Shown here: positions 18,567 to 27,048 of the stretch, one piece after another
How the letters are laid out: every line of letters begins with the position of its first letter
Position numbering within the stretch: the stretch's first letter is position 1
Virus record (IMG/VR): IMGVR_UViG_3300046170_000417
Location: 1 to 40,858 of that record
Length of the DNA: 40,858 bases
Source of the DNA: a virus
Lineage: Duplodnaviria; Caudoviricetes
Strand: one strand, 5' to 3'
Program-made: the position numbers and the translations under genes
The notes under the pieces: model-generated
What the model was told of the DNA's origin: nothing
What the model saw: only the letters and a program-made list of their open reading frames with translations
Databases searched by the model: none

Positions 18567-18782
18567 ATGAGTAAGACAGTATTAACGGCAATCAGAAATT
18601 CCAAAGGTCGCTTCTTTGGTCTTTACACCAAGCAGGGCGAGTCACTTAACGCTCAGCTTCAATCTGAAACAGACAAAACTATTGTGGTGTATGACCGCAA
18701 CTACAATCGGACCCGGCGATTCTCTAAAACGAGTATCACAGGGGTCCGTTCAGGATCTAAAATTTTCGGTCGCATTTCTTAG
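18567..18782 (+). CDS. Small basic hypothetical protein
   Basis: 71 aa ORF bracketed by its own promoter and terminator. Confidence 0.72.
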   Translation: MSKTVLTAIRNSKGRFFGLYTKQGESLNAQLQSETDKTIVVYDRNYNRTRRFSKTSITGVRSGSKIFGRIS

Positions 18783-18807
18783 CCTATATTATCGTTGTGT
18801 TCGTGTT

Positions 18808-18846
18808 ATCCCGTCCCTTTTGAAAGGGGGCGGGATTTCTTTATTA
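18808..18846 (+). terminator. Rho-independent terminator
   Basis: GC-rich hairpin atcccgtccctt / agggggcgggat followed by ttctttatt. Confidence 0.8.
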
Positions 18847-18852
18847 TAAGAT

Positions 18853-19923
18853 ATGAAGATTAGCTCTATATACAATGGCAGGTTGTATACAATGCCTATA
18901 CCAAGCCAACCATCTAATGTAGAGATGGAGTTTATAAATAGAATTCTTTCTAATTCTAGCATCAACGTAGATATCACTAGGTTAGACTCAATAGACTCTT
19001 CGGAAGATTACGATATGTACCGTATCTTTACAAAGAATGGGGCGCTATCTCTGAAGTTTTCCTATGATTATGATAACAAACCCCTTTTGAAAGAGATCCA
19101 GAACTCTAAGAGACTAAACACACCAAACACACCTGAGTACATAGATGGGGGTGTTGTAGAGGTTGGAGAGAAGATCCTTTACCTACTGTGTAAATTCCAT
19201 AACGGTGAGCCTATAATGGAGGTTGGCCGTTCATACATCTCCACAGAGCTAGATTTGTTTTTAGAAGCTTATAAGAATTTGCACGGGCAGAGTGTAGGGA
19301 GGCTGACATATAAAGGTTTAAACAACCAGTTTATCAAGGATAGTAATATGAGGCACATATTTGGAGCCGAACAGATAAAGGCTATAGACGCAAACTCAAA
19401 CTTTTCTAAGATAGAAAATTTGATTTTCTGTTTTAAAAAAGAGATAAACTCTTTAAAATCAAAACTCCCGGATGTAACAACAGGGTTGATACTAGGTGGT
19501 GCAACACCCAGTAATGTGTTTATTAGCAGAGAAGGGGTTCAATTTGATGACCTTAGAAACCTGTGTAAAGGCCATATGTTTTCAGACATTGCGGATGTAA
19601 CCCTTTCCTTTGGTCTTGGCCCTTTGGTGGAAATAGATATTGTTAAAAAATTCTGTAGTAGCTTGGGGGTGGACTATGATAAAACTCTTTATGATCTTTT
19701 CTATGCAGTAGAATTAAGAAAAAAATGCATCTCTTATTTGATTAGGTACCTTAAGGAGGTGTACTTGTATGAGTCCCAAAGGGTTTATGAAATAGTTAGG
19801 ATTATTGACGAGTTTTCCCTGTCTTACGAGAGGATGTGTAAAATACCTGCTTTCAAAGAGAATAGGGAGTTTATTAGGAAGAATATTACAGAGCCTGTGC
19901 TAGAAGATGGCCCTAACAGCTAG
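18853..19923 (+). CDS. APH/choline kinase-fold protein with degenerate catalytic motifs
   Basis: LSLK...KE N-lobe pattern, LILGGATPSNVF (cf. HGDxxxxN), QFDDL (cf. IDW/DFE) and GHMFSDIA (cf. G...D+A). Confidence 0.55.
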   Translation: MKISSIYNGRLYTMPIPSQPSNVEMEFINRILSNSSINVDITRLDSIDSSEDYDMYRIFTKNGALSLKFSYDYDNKPLLKEIQNSKRLNTPNTPEYIDGGVVEVGEKILYLLCKFHNGEPIMEVGRSYISTELDLFLEAYKNLHGQSVGRLTYKGLNNQFIKDSNMRHIFGAEQIKAIDANSNFSKIENLIFCFKKEINSLKSKLPDVTTGLILGGATPSNVFISREGVQFDDLRNLCKGHMFSDIADVTLSFGLGPLVEIDIVKKFCSSLGVDYDKTLYDLFYAVELRKKCISYLIRYLKEVYLYESQRVYEIVRIIDEFSLSYERMCKIPAFKENREFIRKNITEPVLEDGPNS

Positions 19924-20098
19924 ATTCTTCATCTCTTAGCTGTTTTATCAGTTGGAGTAGTTTTTCTACATCCTCCTTGTTTTTCTTGGACTTGATCATA
20001 AAATCTGCTCTTTGTCTAAAGGTATCTTTGCTTATGCCGAACTTTTCTCTAATGCTCTTTACCATATCGGGGTCGATATCAAAATTATCCATATCCAT
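19913..20098 (-). CDS. Hypothetical protein
   Basis: 61 aa ORF in an otherwise empty gap, preceded by the TAGTGTA motif. Confidence 0.65.
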   Translation of the reverse strand: MDMDNFDIDPDMVKSIREKFGISKDTFRQRADFMIKSKKNKEDVEKLLQLIKQLRDEESSC

Positions 20099-20101
20099 AT
20101 A

Positions 20102-20108
20102 TACACTA
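20102..20108 (-). promoter_or_regulatory. TAGTGTA motif upstream of minus-strand ORF 20098
   Basis: Reverse strand reads tttttAGTGTAtatATGgatATG. Confidence 0.5.
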
Positions 20109-20147
20109 AAAATTTAGAATTAGTTCCCGTAATACATATTATCTTGT

Positions 20148-20633
20148 ATGATTGTGAAGCTCTACAAACCCAACCCTAGAAACACAGGGTGCGCTTTCAG
20201 TTGCGACCTTGGTAGTGTTGTACAAACAGGAGAACCTTGTGTGTATGTAAGGGCTGTCAGGCAGTATTCTTGGGACCAGTCGAAAAGGACTGGGTCTTTC
20301 GCCAAGAACGCTAAAAACCCAGAAGCCTCTGTTTCGATAAAGTTAAATGAGACAGAGATTGGGGGTTTAATAAATGCCATAGAAAATTACACAGAGTTCT
20401 CAGCTTACCATTCTTTTGAGGACAACAAGACTCAGATATCTTTCAAACCTTGGAAGAGGGATGGGCGACCGAACGCTTTCTCTTTCGGTATTGTCAGAAA
20501 CTCTACTAACAAGTTTGGGATTGGTGTTGAAATGTCAGAGGCTTACTGTCTATTAGAGTTCTTCAGGTTCTCCCTTCAGGAGTTGTATGCTTATCGCTTT
20601 AACAAAAATGAAGAGCTTAAGTCTCGGTCATGA
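20148..20633 (+). CDS. Hypothetical protein, possibly ssDNA-binding (Whirly/PC4-like strand-helix repeat)
   Basis: 161 aa with two beta-strand runs each followed by a helix (IKLNETEIGGL; VEMSEAYCL). The fold call is tentative. Confidence 0.55.
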   Translation: MIVKLYKPNPRNTGCAFSCDLGSVVQTGEPCVYVRAVRQYSWDQSKRTGSFAKNAKNPEASVSIKLNETEIGGLINAIENYTEFSAYHSFEDNKTQISFKPWKRDGRPNAFSFGIVRNSTNKFGIGVEMSEAYCLLEFFRFSLQELYAYRFNKNEELKSRS

Positions 20634-22516
20634 AGAAAAAAGTAATCATCCATTCTAACTTCTGCAAAGCATTCACTGGCTTTGGTAAAAATAAGAAGAA
20701 CATACTTAGGTATCTATACGATACAGGAAAATACGAGTTATTTGAGCTAGCCAATGGTCTTCAATGGGAAGACCCAAGGACTAAGTTGGTGCCTTGGGAG
20801 TGTAGAGGTGTCACACCCTCCCCGGCTCAGTTAGCAGCAATTGACGCAAAGGGCCGGAGGGCAGAGGGTTACGGATACACCCTAGTAGATAAAGCTGTAA
20901 GGGAGTTCAAACCAGATGTCTATATAGGCATAGAAGATATATGGGCATTTAACAATTACCATCACAAACCTTGGTGGAATAAAGTTAATTGCATGGTGTG
21001 GACGACCTTGGATAGCTTTCCGATTTTGCCACAAGCCATCCAATACGCACCTAAAATAAAGAACTATTTTGTTTGGGCTAGTTTTGCAGAAAAGGCCATG
21101 CAAGAGATGGGTTACGATCATGTGAAAACACTAAGAGGTTCCTTGGACACTGACAATTTTTACCGGATGTCAGATGAGGAACGTCAGAACTTAAGGCTTG
21201 ATCATCGCATTGGTGATGAGTTTATTGTAGGTTTCGTCTTCAGGAATCAACTTAGGAAGTCCGTGCCTAACTTACTAGAAGGTTTTAAGCATTTCAAACT
21301 CAACAACCCAGATTCGAAAGCTAAGTTGCTTTTGCACACCCATTGGGGTGAAGGTTGGGATATAAAAAGTTTAATGGAAGAAAAGGGGTTGAGTAACATA
21401 GATGTTTTGACGACTTACGTCTGCGGGTCGTGCGACAAGTATTATATTAGCCCATTCAAAGGGCAACAAACTGACTGTCCTTCTTGCGGCTCCAAAAAAT
21501 CTGTAAATACAACAAACACTAAAAAAGGCGTCTCTGAAGAACAACTGAATGAGATATACAACCTTATGGATGTTTACTGTCACCCCTTCACTAGTGGCGG
21601 TCAAGAGATACCAATACAAGAAGCTAAGCTGACAGAGCTGGTGACCTTAGTTACAAATTACTCATGCGGGGAGGATAGTTGTTCTGAGGAGAGTGGCGGC
21701 TTCCCCTTGAATTGGAGTGAATATAGAGAGCCGGGTACACAGTTTATAAAAGCTAGCACAGACCCTAAACATATACACTCTATGCTGGAGCATGTTTATG
21801 GTATGACAGAGGAAGAAAAGGTTGAGATGGGGGCGAAGTCCCGAAAGTGGGTGATAGACAACTTTTCTGTCGAGGTTATCGGAAAGAAGTTGGAGTCTAT
21901 AATCGACAATATGCCAGATGTTGATTATGATTATGAGACCACTCACAAGGTTATGGATGCCGATTATAACCCACCAGAAGGTTTAAATTCAGACGAGTAT
22001 ATTATAGACCTCTATGAGAATATAGTTAAAGAAGATATAGACAGAAGAAGTACAGGGTTTAAACATTGGAAAGGTGAGTTGGCCAAGGGTATGAAAGGGG
22101 GAGATTTACTCGCTCACTTTAAGAATGTGGCTAAGAAACACAATTTAGATGCTAAAAAGCCTAAATTAGAAGACTTACTGGGTGACGACGAAGGTAAAAG
22201 AATCGCTATTGTCATACCAGAGTCAGAGACGGATGTGTTGCTTATTAATTCCCTTTTGGGTCAATTAAAAAAGAATTATAAACAATATAATATCTACATC
22301 TTTACAAAACCTGAGTATTTTGACTTTATAGAGGACAACCCAAACACTCACAAGATTCTGCCATACAAAAAAGAGCTTGATAATACATTTTTCTTGGAGG
22401 GGAGAGGGGGAGAAAGGGGTATGTTCGAAATGGTATTTTACCCTAGCGTGACGACACAAAAAAATCCATGCTATATACACAATGGTTTGAGTAAAAATCA
22501 GTTTTCATTAAAGTAA
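20630..22516 (+). CDS. GT-B (GT4-like) glycosyltransferase with Zn-ribbon insert and C-terminal accessory domains
   Basis: TGFG, FVFRNQLRKSVP and LNEIYNLMDVYCHP..SGGQEIPIQEA; insert CGSC..CPSC; C-terminal DUF4214-like and GT9-N-like segments. Confidence 0.85.
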   Translation: MKKKVIIHSNFCKAFTGFGKNKKNILRYLYDTGKYELFELANGLQWEDPRTKLVPWECRGVTPSPAQLAAIDAKGRRAEGYGYTLVDKAVREFKPDVYIGIEDIWAFNNYHHKPWWNKVNCMVWTTLDSFPILPQAIQYAPKIKNYFVWASFAEKAMQEMGYDHVKTLRGSLDTDNFYRMSDEERQNLRLDHRIGDEFIVGFVFRNQLRKSVPNLLEGFKHFKLNNPDSKAKLLLHTHWGEGWDIKSLMEEKGLSNIDVLTTYVCGSCDKYYISPFKGQQTDCPSCGSKKSVNTTNTKKGVSEEQLNEIYNLMDVYCHPFTSGGQEIPIQEAKLTELVTLVTNYSCGEDSCSEESGGFPLNWSEYREPGTQFIKASTDPKHIHSMLEHVYGMTEEEKVEMGAKSRKWVIDNFSVEVIGKKLESIIDNMPDVDYDYETTHKVMDADYNPPEGLNSDEYIIDLYENIVKEDIDRRSTGFKHWKGELAKGMKGGDLLAHFKNVAKKHNLDAKKPKLEDLLGDDEGKRIAIVIPESETDVLLINSLLGQLKKNYKQYNIYIFTKPEYFDFIEDNPNTHKILPYKKELDNTFFLEGRGGERGMFEMVFYPSVTTQKNPCYIHNGLSKNQFSLK

Positions 22517-23664
22517 TGTCTCATCTAGTAGAAGAATACGCAAAGAACCTAGGGGTTAAAATAGGGAAGCCTATTGTCAACCAGCATTTTTTCCCCATAG
22601 AGTTTAATAACTACATAGTGATTAGTGGAGACTCTTCGACGGCGTCAAAAACCTACAAGAGTTATACAATAGTGTTGGGGTTTCTATCCTCCTTTCTAGA
22701 AGAAAGGGGCATAAAGGTGGTTCAGTTAGGTGGCGACAAGCCTTTAAGAGGGGTTAATAAACATGTTTCATGCAACTTCAAAAATAACGCATATTTAGTT
22801 TCTAAATCGATGCTATACATAGGGCCAGACAACTACCTAGCTCAATACGCCAGTTCTATAGGAGTAAAAACAGTCAGTATATTTGGGAATAGTTACGCTA
22901 ATGTCACCAAACCATTTTGGAGCAATAGACAGGATTCTATTTGTTTAGAGCCTGATTGGGACTCTAGGCCATGCTATTCAAACCATGATCCGAAGGATAA
23001 TATAAACAAAATTAAACCGGAAGAGGTGGCCAATTCAATTCTTAAGTTGCTAGGGCATGAAAAGAAAGTCGATATAGAGACTTTCCACATAGGTAAACAC
23101 TACAATCAACCTATCATAGAGGTTGTTCCTACTGAAATAATAACAGGTCTGCCAAAAGAAGTGTATCTAAGGGCTGATTATGGTTTTGAAGAGGAGGCTT
23201 TTATGTATTATTGTGAAAATCACAAAGTCACGGTTATATCAGAAGGGTTGATTCAGTTGAGTGTCTTGAAGAGGATAAAGCACAATGTAAAGATGTTGAT
23301 GTTCGCTTTAGATGCTGAGACAGACAAAATACCTAAAAAGTACTTTGATGTCTTGGCCAGCTGGAAAATAAAAATTATTCTTTTGTCTGAGAAAGATTCA
23401 GATCTAGGAGTTTTGAGAAATAGGTACTTTGATATCGATGTACACCCCAGATACAAAGGGGTTGAGAGAATGGATCTGCCTGACTCTTGTAAGTTTTCGA
23501 CTAATAAATACATTCTTGAGGCAGATAAAAAATATTTTAGCTATGCTCATTACAAAAAGGGTCTTGACAACGACAACAATGTATTGGATACTCCAGAATA
23601 TTGGGACGAACTAGACCATTTTTACATTTATGAGCAAAAAGAAAACAGCGAAAAAAGTAGCTAA
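22516..23664 (+). CDS. GT9 (ADP-heptose transferase-like) glycosyltransferase, C-terminal half plus extra domain
   Basis: HLVEEYAKNLG, YIVI, KTY, VVQLGG, YIGPDNYLAQYAS..GVKTVSIFG and INKIKPEEV. Confidence 0.75.
   Translation: MSHLVEEYAKNLGVKIGKPIVNQHFFPIEFNNYIVISGDSSTASKTYKSYTIVLGFLSSFLEERGIKVVQLGGDKPLRGVNKHVSCNFKNNAYLVSKSMLYIGPDNYLAQYASSIGVKTVSIFGNSYANVTKPFWSNRQDSICLEPDWDSRPCYSNHDPKDNINKIKPEEVANSILKLLGHEKKVDIETFHIGKHYNQPIIEVVPTEIITGLPKEVYLRADYGFEEEAFMYYCENHKVTVISEGLIQLSVLKRIKHNVKMLMFALDAETDKIPKKYFDVLASWKIKIILLSEKDSDLGVLRNRYFDIDVHPRYKGVERMDLPDSCKFSTNKYILEADKKYFSYAHYKKGLDNDNNVLDTPEYWDELDHFYIYEQKENSEKSS
23564..23592 (+). promoter_or_regulatory. sigma70-like promoter
   Basis: TTGACA-N17-GATACT upstream of ORF 23630. 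Confidence 0.5.
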
Positions 23665-24430
23665 GAAGGCTGCTACGAAGAAGGTTTTTGGACCGGATAT
23701 TTACCAGAGAGACAACCACGGTTTGCTGAAGAACCAAGATTATGTGTTCAATGAAGATGGTTCTATTGACTGGAGGTCTATGATAAAGTCTGATTTTCTT
23801 TACCCTAATAGAGATTGGTTCACAACTAGGAATAAACCTGTCCCTGACTCTGTAGAAGGTTTGAGAGATAACCAGTTATTGATTATGCTTGGTGGTATAA
23901 AAGAATTGGCCAAGATGAGAGGTTACAGCTCTGTGGACTTTGAAGTAGATAATATTTCAGATGGTTATGTGACAGCCAAATGTACAATTGAATGGGATGG
24001 GAACTATGAGTCATGTGCTACAACCTACACAGACGTGGCGAATGCAAGTCTAGATAATACAGACTCTTTTGCGTCTAAATTCCTTGAGACCATCGCATGT
24101 AACAGGGCTTTTGTTAGGTGTGTGAGGAACTTCCTTAACATTCATATCGTTGGTGCTGACGAGATAGATAAGTCTAAAGGGTCTAAGCTTTCACAAAGCT
24201 CAAGCGACCCAAGCTTTACTGTCTCAGCAGCGACCACAACACCCAAGGGTTTACTGGAGAAATATCTCAGGGATAAGCATGAGGTGACCAATTTCGACGG
24301 GTTCAAAGATTTGCTACGGCTTCTTTGGAAAGAAGAAAAGTATGTTAACGAGGACGTAAAAGATTGGGGTTCCTTTAACGACATTCCTGTGAAAGAGGTT
24401 AGGAAGCTTATTGCAGTCATAGCAAAGTGA
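23630..24430 (+). CDS. Putative single-strand annealing protein (Rad52/Sak/RecT-like)
   Basis: GGIKELA, VTAKCTI and LETIACNRAFVRCVRNFLNI resemble the A.tRA..Ra.R motif of annealing proteins. Confidence 0.5.
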   Translation: MSKKKTAKKVAKKAATKKVFGPDIYQRDNHGLLKNQDYVFNEDGSIDWRSMIKSDFLYPNRDWFTTRNKPVPDSVEGLRDNQLLIMLGGIKELAKMRGYSSVDFEVDNISDGYVTAKCTIEWDGNYESCATTYTDVANASLDNTDSFASKFLETIACNRAFVRCVRNFLNIHIVGADEIDKSKGSKLSQSSSDPSFTVSAATTTPKGLLEKYLRDKHEVTNFDGFKDLLRLLWKEEKYVNEDVKDWGSFNDIPVKEVRKLIAVIAK

Positions 24431-24888
24431 TAAAAAGGTTAGCTAGCGGTGAGGACTTTTGTCAGGCTGTGGATGACCTGACTAAAGCTCTTGATTTAGA
24501 GGGTGAAGATAAAAACTATCATTACCTGTTGCCGAATGGAGTGGATTCTATAAAGAAGGCTTTTGGCCACAGTCGGGTTCTAACCTCTAAAGTTTTTGTA
24601 TGGGCTAACATAAACAGTTCAGGTAGTTATGATGCGGCTATAATTTTCTTGAAGAATAAAGACCCTAGACATGGGGTAGAGATGTTTTCTGAATACATTT
24701 GGTTATCTTCCAACCCTAGAGCAGGTTACAAGCTTCTGGCTACAGCAATAAAATTTGCTAGAGACAATGGGTTTGAGTTCATACAGATGGGTTGCTCCGA
24801 AAAATCACCTAATAAAGGTAAAGTCAAGAGCCTCTACAATAAACTCGGCTTCTTAAAGGATAGCGAAACTTACATAGCTAAATTATGA
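24427..24888 (+). CDS. GNAT-family acetyltransferase-like protein
   Basis: RAGYKLLATAIKFARDNG and SLYNKLGF motifs. Confidence 0.72.
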   Translation: MIKRLASGEDFCQAVDDLTKALDLEGEDKNYHYLLPNGVDSIKKAFGHSRVLTSKVFVWANINSSGSYDAAIIFLKNKDPRHGVEMFSEYIWLSSNPRAGYKLLATAIKFARDNGFEFIQMGCSEKSPNKGKVKSLYNKLGFLKDSETYIAKL

Positions 24889-25058
24889 ACAATAAAAAAT
24901 CCAAACAAATCAGAAAACTAATACTAAACACAGATGATGAAATATCAAGGAGAAATTATAGGAGATTCAAAAAACAATATAAAAGTCTCTCAGGTCCAGC
25001 TAGAGAAGAGTTTCTTAAAACCACAGAAGAATTCTTTAAGTCGTTGGGCGAAAAATAA
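24885..25058 (+). CDS. Small basic hypothetical protein (not in ORF track)
   Basis: 57 aa, MNNKKSKQIRKLIL...KSLGEK*. Its ATG overlaps the GNAT stop (ATGA). Confidence 0.6.
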   Translation: MNNKKSKQIRKLILNTDDEISRRNYRRFKKQYKSLSGPAREEFLKTTEEFFKSLGEK

Positions 25059-25059
25059 A

Positions 25060-25215
25060 ATGGGCGCTTTTTGGGTTAAGACAAAAGGGGATAATCATTT
25101 TCTTTCGGGGGTCGTAGAGTTTGAAGGGAAGAAGATCCCCGTGTGTATATTCAAAAACAAATACCAACAAGGTTCTACACCGCACTTCCAAATGTTTAGG
25201 GTTTCCGAGGATTAA
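25060..25215 (+). CDS. Small DUF736-like protein
   Basis: MGAFWVK...FLSG...IFKNKY...PHF pattern. The start is placed at 25060, right after the upstream stop. Confidence 0.55.
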   Translation: MGAFWVKTKGDNHFLSGVVEFEGKKIPVCIFKNKYQQGSTPHFQMFRVSED

Positions 25216-25218
25216 ATA

Positions 25219-25533
25219 TTATTTTTTAATAAATTTATCTGGGTTCTTCTCAAATTTTTTAGCTAGTGCAATAATCCCATTTATGATTTCTGGGGCCACA
25301 ACCCCTATAACTCCATAAGATACTGCTTTTATAAAGTCGCTTATAGGGGCGTCTTGAAGTACAAACCAGAGTATACCGGATAATATTGCTGCAGCAATTA
25401 CATTTCTAATGAATGTTTTTAATGAGTATTTCCCTTTGTAAGTCAGCATTCTAGCTACCATTCCTGATGCTCCGATCAGGGGTATCAACCAACCACCATT
25501 AAAAAATTCCCCGATTATATTTTTAAAATCCAT
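25219..25533 (-). CDS. Putative holin
   Basis: 104 aa with three hydrophobic segments and a Lys-rich C-terminus. Confidence 0.6.
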   Translation of the reverse strand: MDFKNIIGEFFNGGWLIPLIGASGMVARMLTYKGKYSLKTFIRNVIAAAILSGILWFVLQDAPISDFIKAVSYGVIGVVAPEIINGIIALAKKFEKNPDKFIKK

Positions 25534-25544
25534 GTAAAATATAT

Positions 25545-25551
25545 TACACTT
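25545..25551 (-). promoter_or_regulatory. AAGTGTA motif upstream of the putative holin
   Basis: Reverse strand tttttAAGTGTAatatattttacATG; divergent from ATGTGTA at 25564-25570. Confidence 0.55.
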
Positions 25552-25563
25552 AAAAACAAATTA

Positions 25564-25570
25564 ATGTGTA
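25564..25570 (+). promoter_or_regulatory. ATGTGTA motif variant upstream of the acidic protein
   Basis: ttaATGTGTAagttaatATG. Confidence 0.45.
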
Positions 25571-25577
25571 AGTTAAT

Positions 25578-26851
25578 ATGGACATGGACGGGGAAAATCG
25601 CAAAAAAATTGCGGAGGCGATAGCTTTTGCAAAAAAATATTGTAATCCAGCAGATAGTGAGATTATATCTGATCTGGACCGCCATGCAAGAGAAACTGCA
25701 TGGGCCTTGCTTCAGCAGTTGAAAGAAGAGCAAGAAAAGAGCTGTGTGTGTTCTGAGTGTGGGGCAGAGTCTATAGAAGAGGAGCAGACGGAAGATTTTG
25801 CAGAAGAGACTAGTGAAAAGACTAGCGAAGAGCCTGAGTTAAAAAAGACGGAAGTAAAATCTGAAACTCCTGAGACCTCCACTATGGATAAACTCAGTGA
25901 AATAGCTGAGAAGAATAAAGATATCCTAGACAAAGCCGCAAAAGGCACGGTTGCTGCAGCTGCCTGCTGGAGCAACAACCCAAACAGCAAGTGCCGCTAC
26001 TGGTTTAAGTGCTTTTGTACAAGAGACGGTTCAAAAAGTAGGGACAATTGGGGTTGCTGGAACTATGTCCATAGGTAGTGGAGCTTACTTCCAAGCTAAA
26101 ACAACAAAAGAAAAAGGTACTGAAATAGCTGTTGTAGCAGAGCAAGAACATAAAGTTTTCTCTAATTTAAATGATTTTACTGAGACAACAATTGGGTTTC
26201 AGCCTTTTGGTGGCGTTACCGAGGCGATTGTAGAATATGCCGAAAAAGGTTATGGAGATGTCATTGGTACATCTGAAGAAGGTTACGAAGGGGGAGAAGA
26301 AGGAGAAGATGAAGGAGAAGATGAAGGGTCTGTTGGTGAAGAGGGGGAAGGCGAAGCGTCTGACGAGGCCGAAGGAGATGAGGGTGAGCCTACAGAAGAA
26401 AATAATGAAGAAGGCGAAGAAGAAGCTGTTAAAGAAGAGGATTCTGTAGAAACTGAAGAAGAAACAGAAGAATCCGAAGAGGAGTCTGGAGAAGAGCAAG
26501 AAGAAGAGGGGTCGGAAGAAGAGTCGGAAGAAGAGTCCGAAGAAGAAGAAGGAAGGAGAAGAAGGAGAAGGAGAAGGGAAGAAGAAGAGGAGTCCGAAGA
26601 AGAAGAGGAATCTGAAGAGGAAGAAGAAGAGGAGGAGCAAGAGGAGGAAGAGGAAGAGCAAGAAGAAGTGGAGGAAGAATCTGAAGAGGGTGAGCCTGAA
26701 GAAAAAGAGGGATCCTGAAGAACAGTCTGAAGAGGGCGAAGAGAAAAAAACAGATTTTGAGAATTCAGAAGAAACATTCGAACTAGAAGAAGATGATCAA
26801 GTCACTCAAGTCCCTGATGTGATTAAACTCCCTAACATGATAAGAAAATAG
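25578..26851 (+). CDS. Highly acidic Glu-rich protein with Ala/Gly-rich hydrophobic core; frame broken by indels
   Basis: ORFs 25578 and 25951 join near 25965 (KGTVAAAA/AGATTQ). The Glu-rich text continues after a shift near 26712 to TAG at 26849-26851. Confidence 0.65.
26270..26800 (+). repeat. Low-complexity GAA/GAG-rich coding tract
   Basis: Purine-rich imperfect repeats encoding poly-Glu with EEESE units. Confidence 0.9.
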
Positions 26852-26856
26852 TTATT

Positions 26857-27048
26857 ATGGAAGATTTATTTGAAAAAATACTTGCTCCTTACATGGGGTC
26901 AATGCCTGAGTTTATTATTTCTATCTTGGGTTTATTGGGGACGCTTTCTTATATTGTACCTGAAGATAGTAAGCTGGGTAGGTTGTTGGGTAAGTTGACG
27001 GGGAATCTAACTAAACTTAAAAACTTTATACTGAAAAAGAAGAAATGA
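26857..27048 (+). CDS. Small membrane protein (holin-like)
   Basis: 63 aa with one hydrophobic helix (FIISILGLLGTLSYIVP), an amphipathic helix and a KKKK tail. Confidence 0.6.
   Translation: MEDLFEKILAPYMGSMPEFIISILGLLGTLSYIVPEDSKLGRLLGKLTGNLTKLKNFILKKKK

Noticed and set aside
24934-25059. N-terminal extension of the 93 aa ORF in the track
   Set aside because: This stretch is better explained by a coupled 57 aa ORF (24885-25058) followed by a start at 25060.
26167-26777. Minus-strand Phe/Leu-rich and Ser-rich ORFs, and the RRRRRRR run in ORF 25951
   Set aside because: These are shadows of the GAA-rich tract; the Arg run is best explained by a local compensating frameshift.
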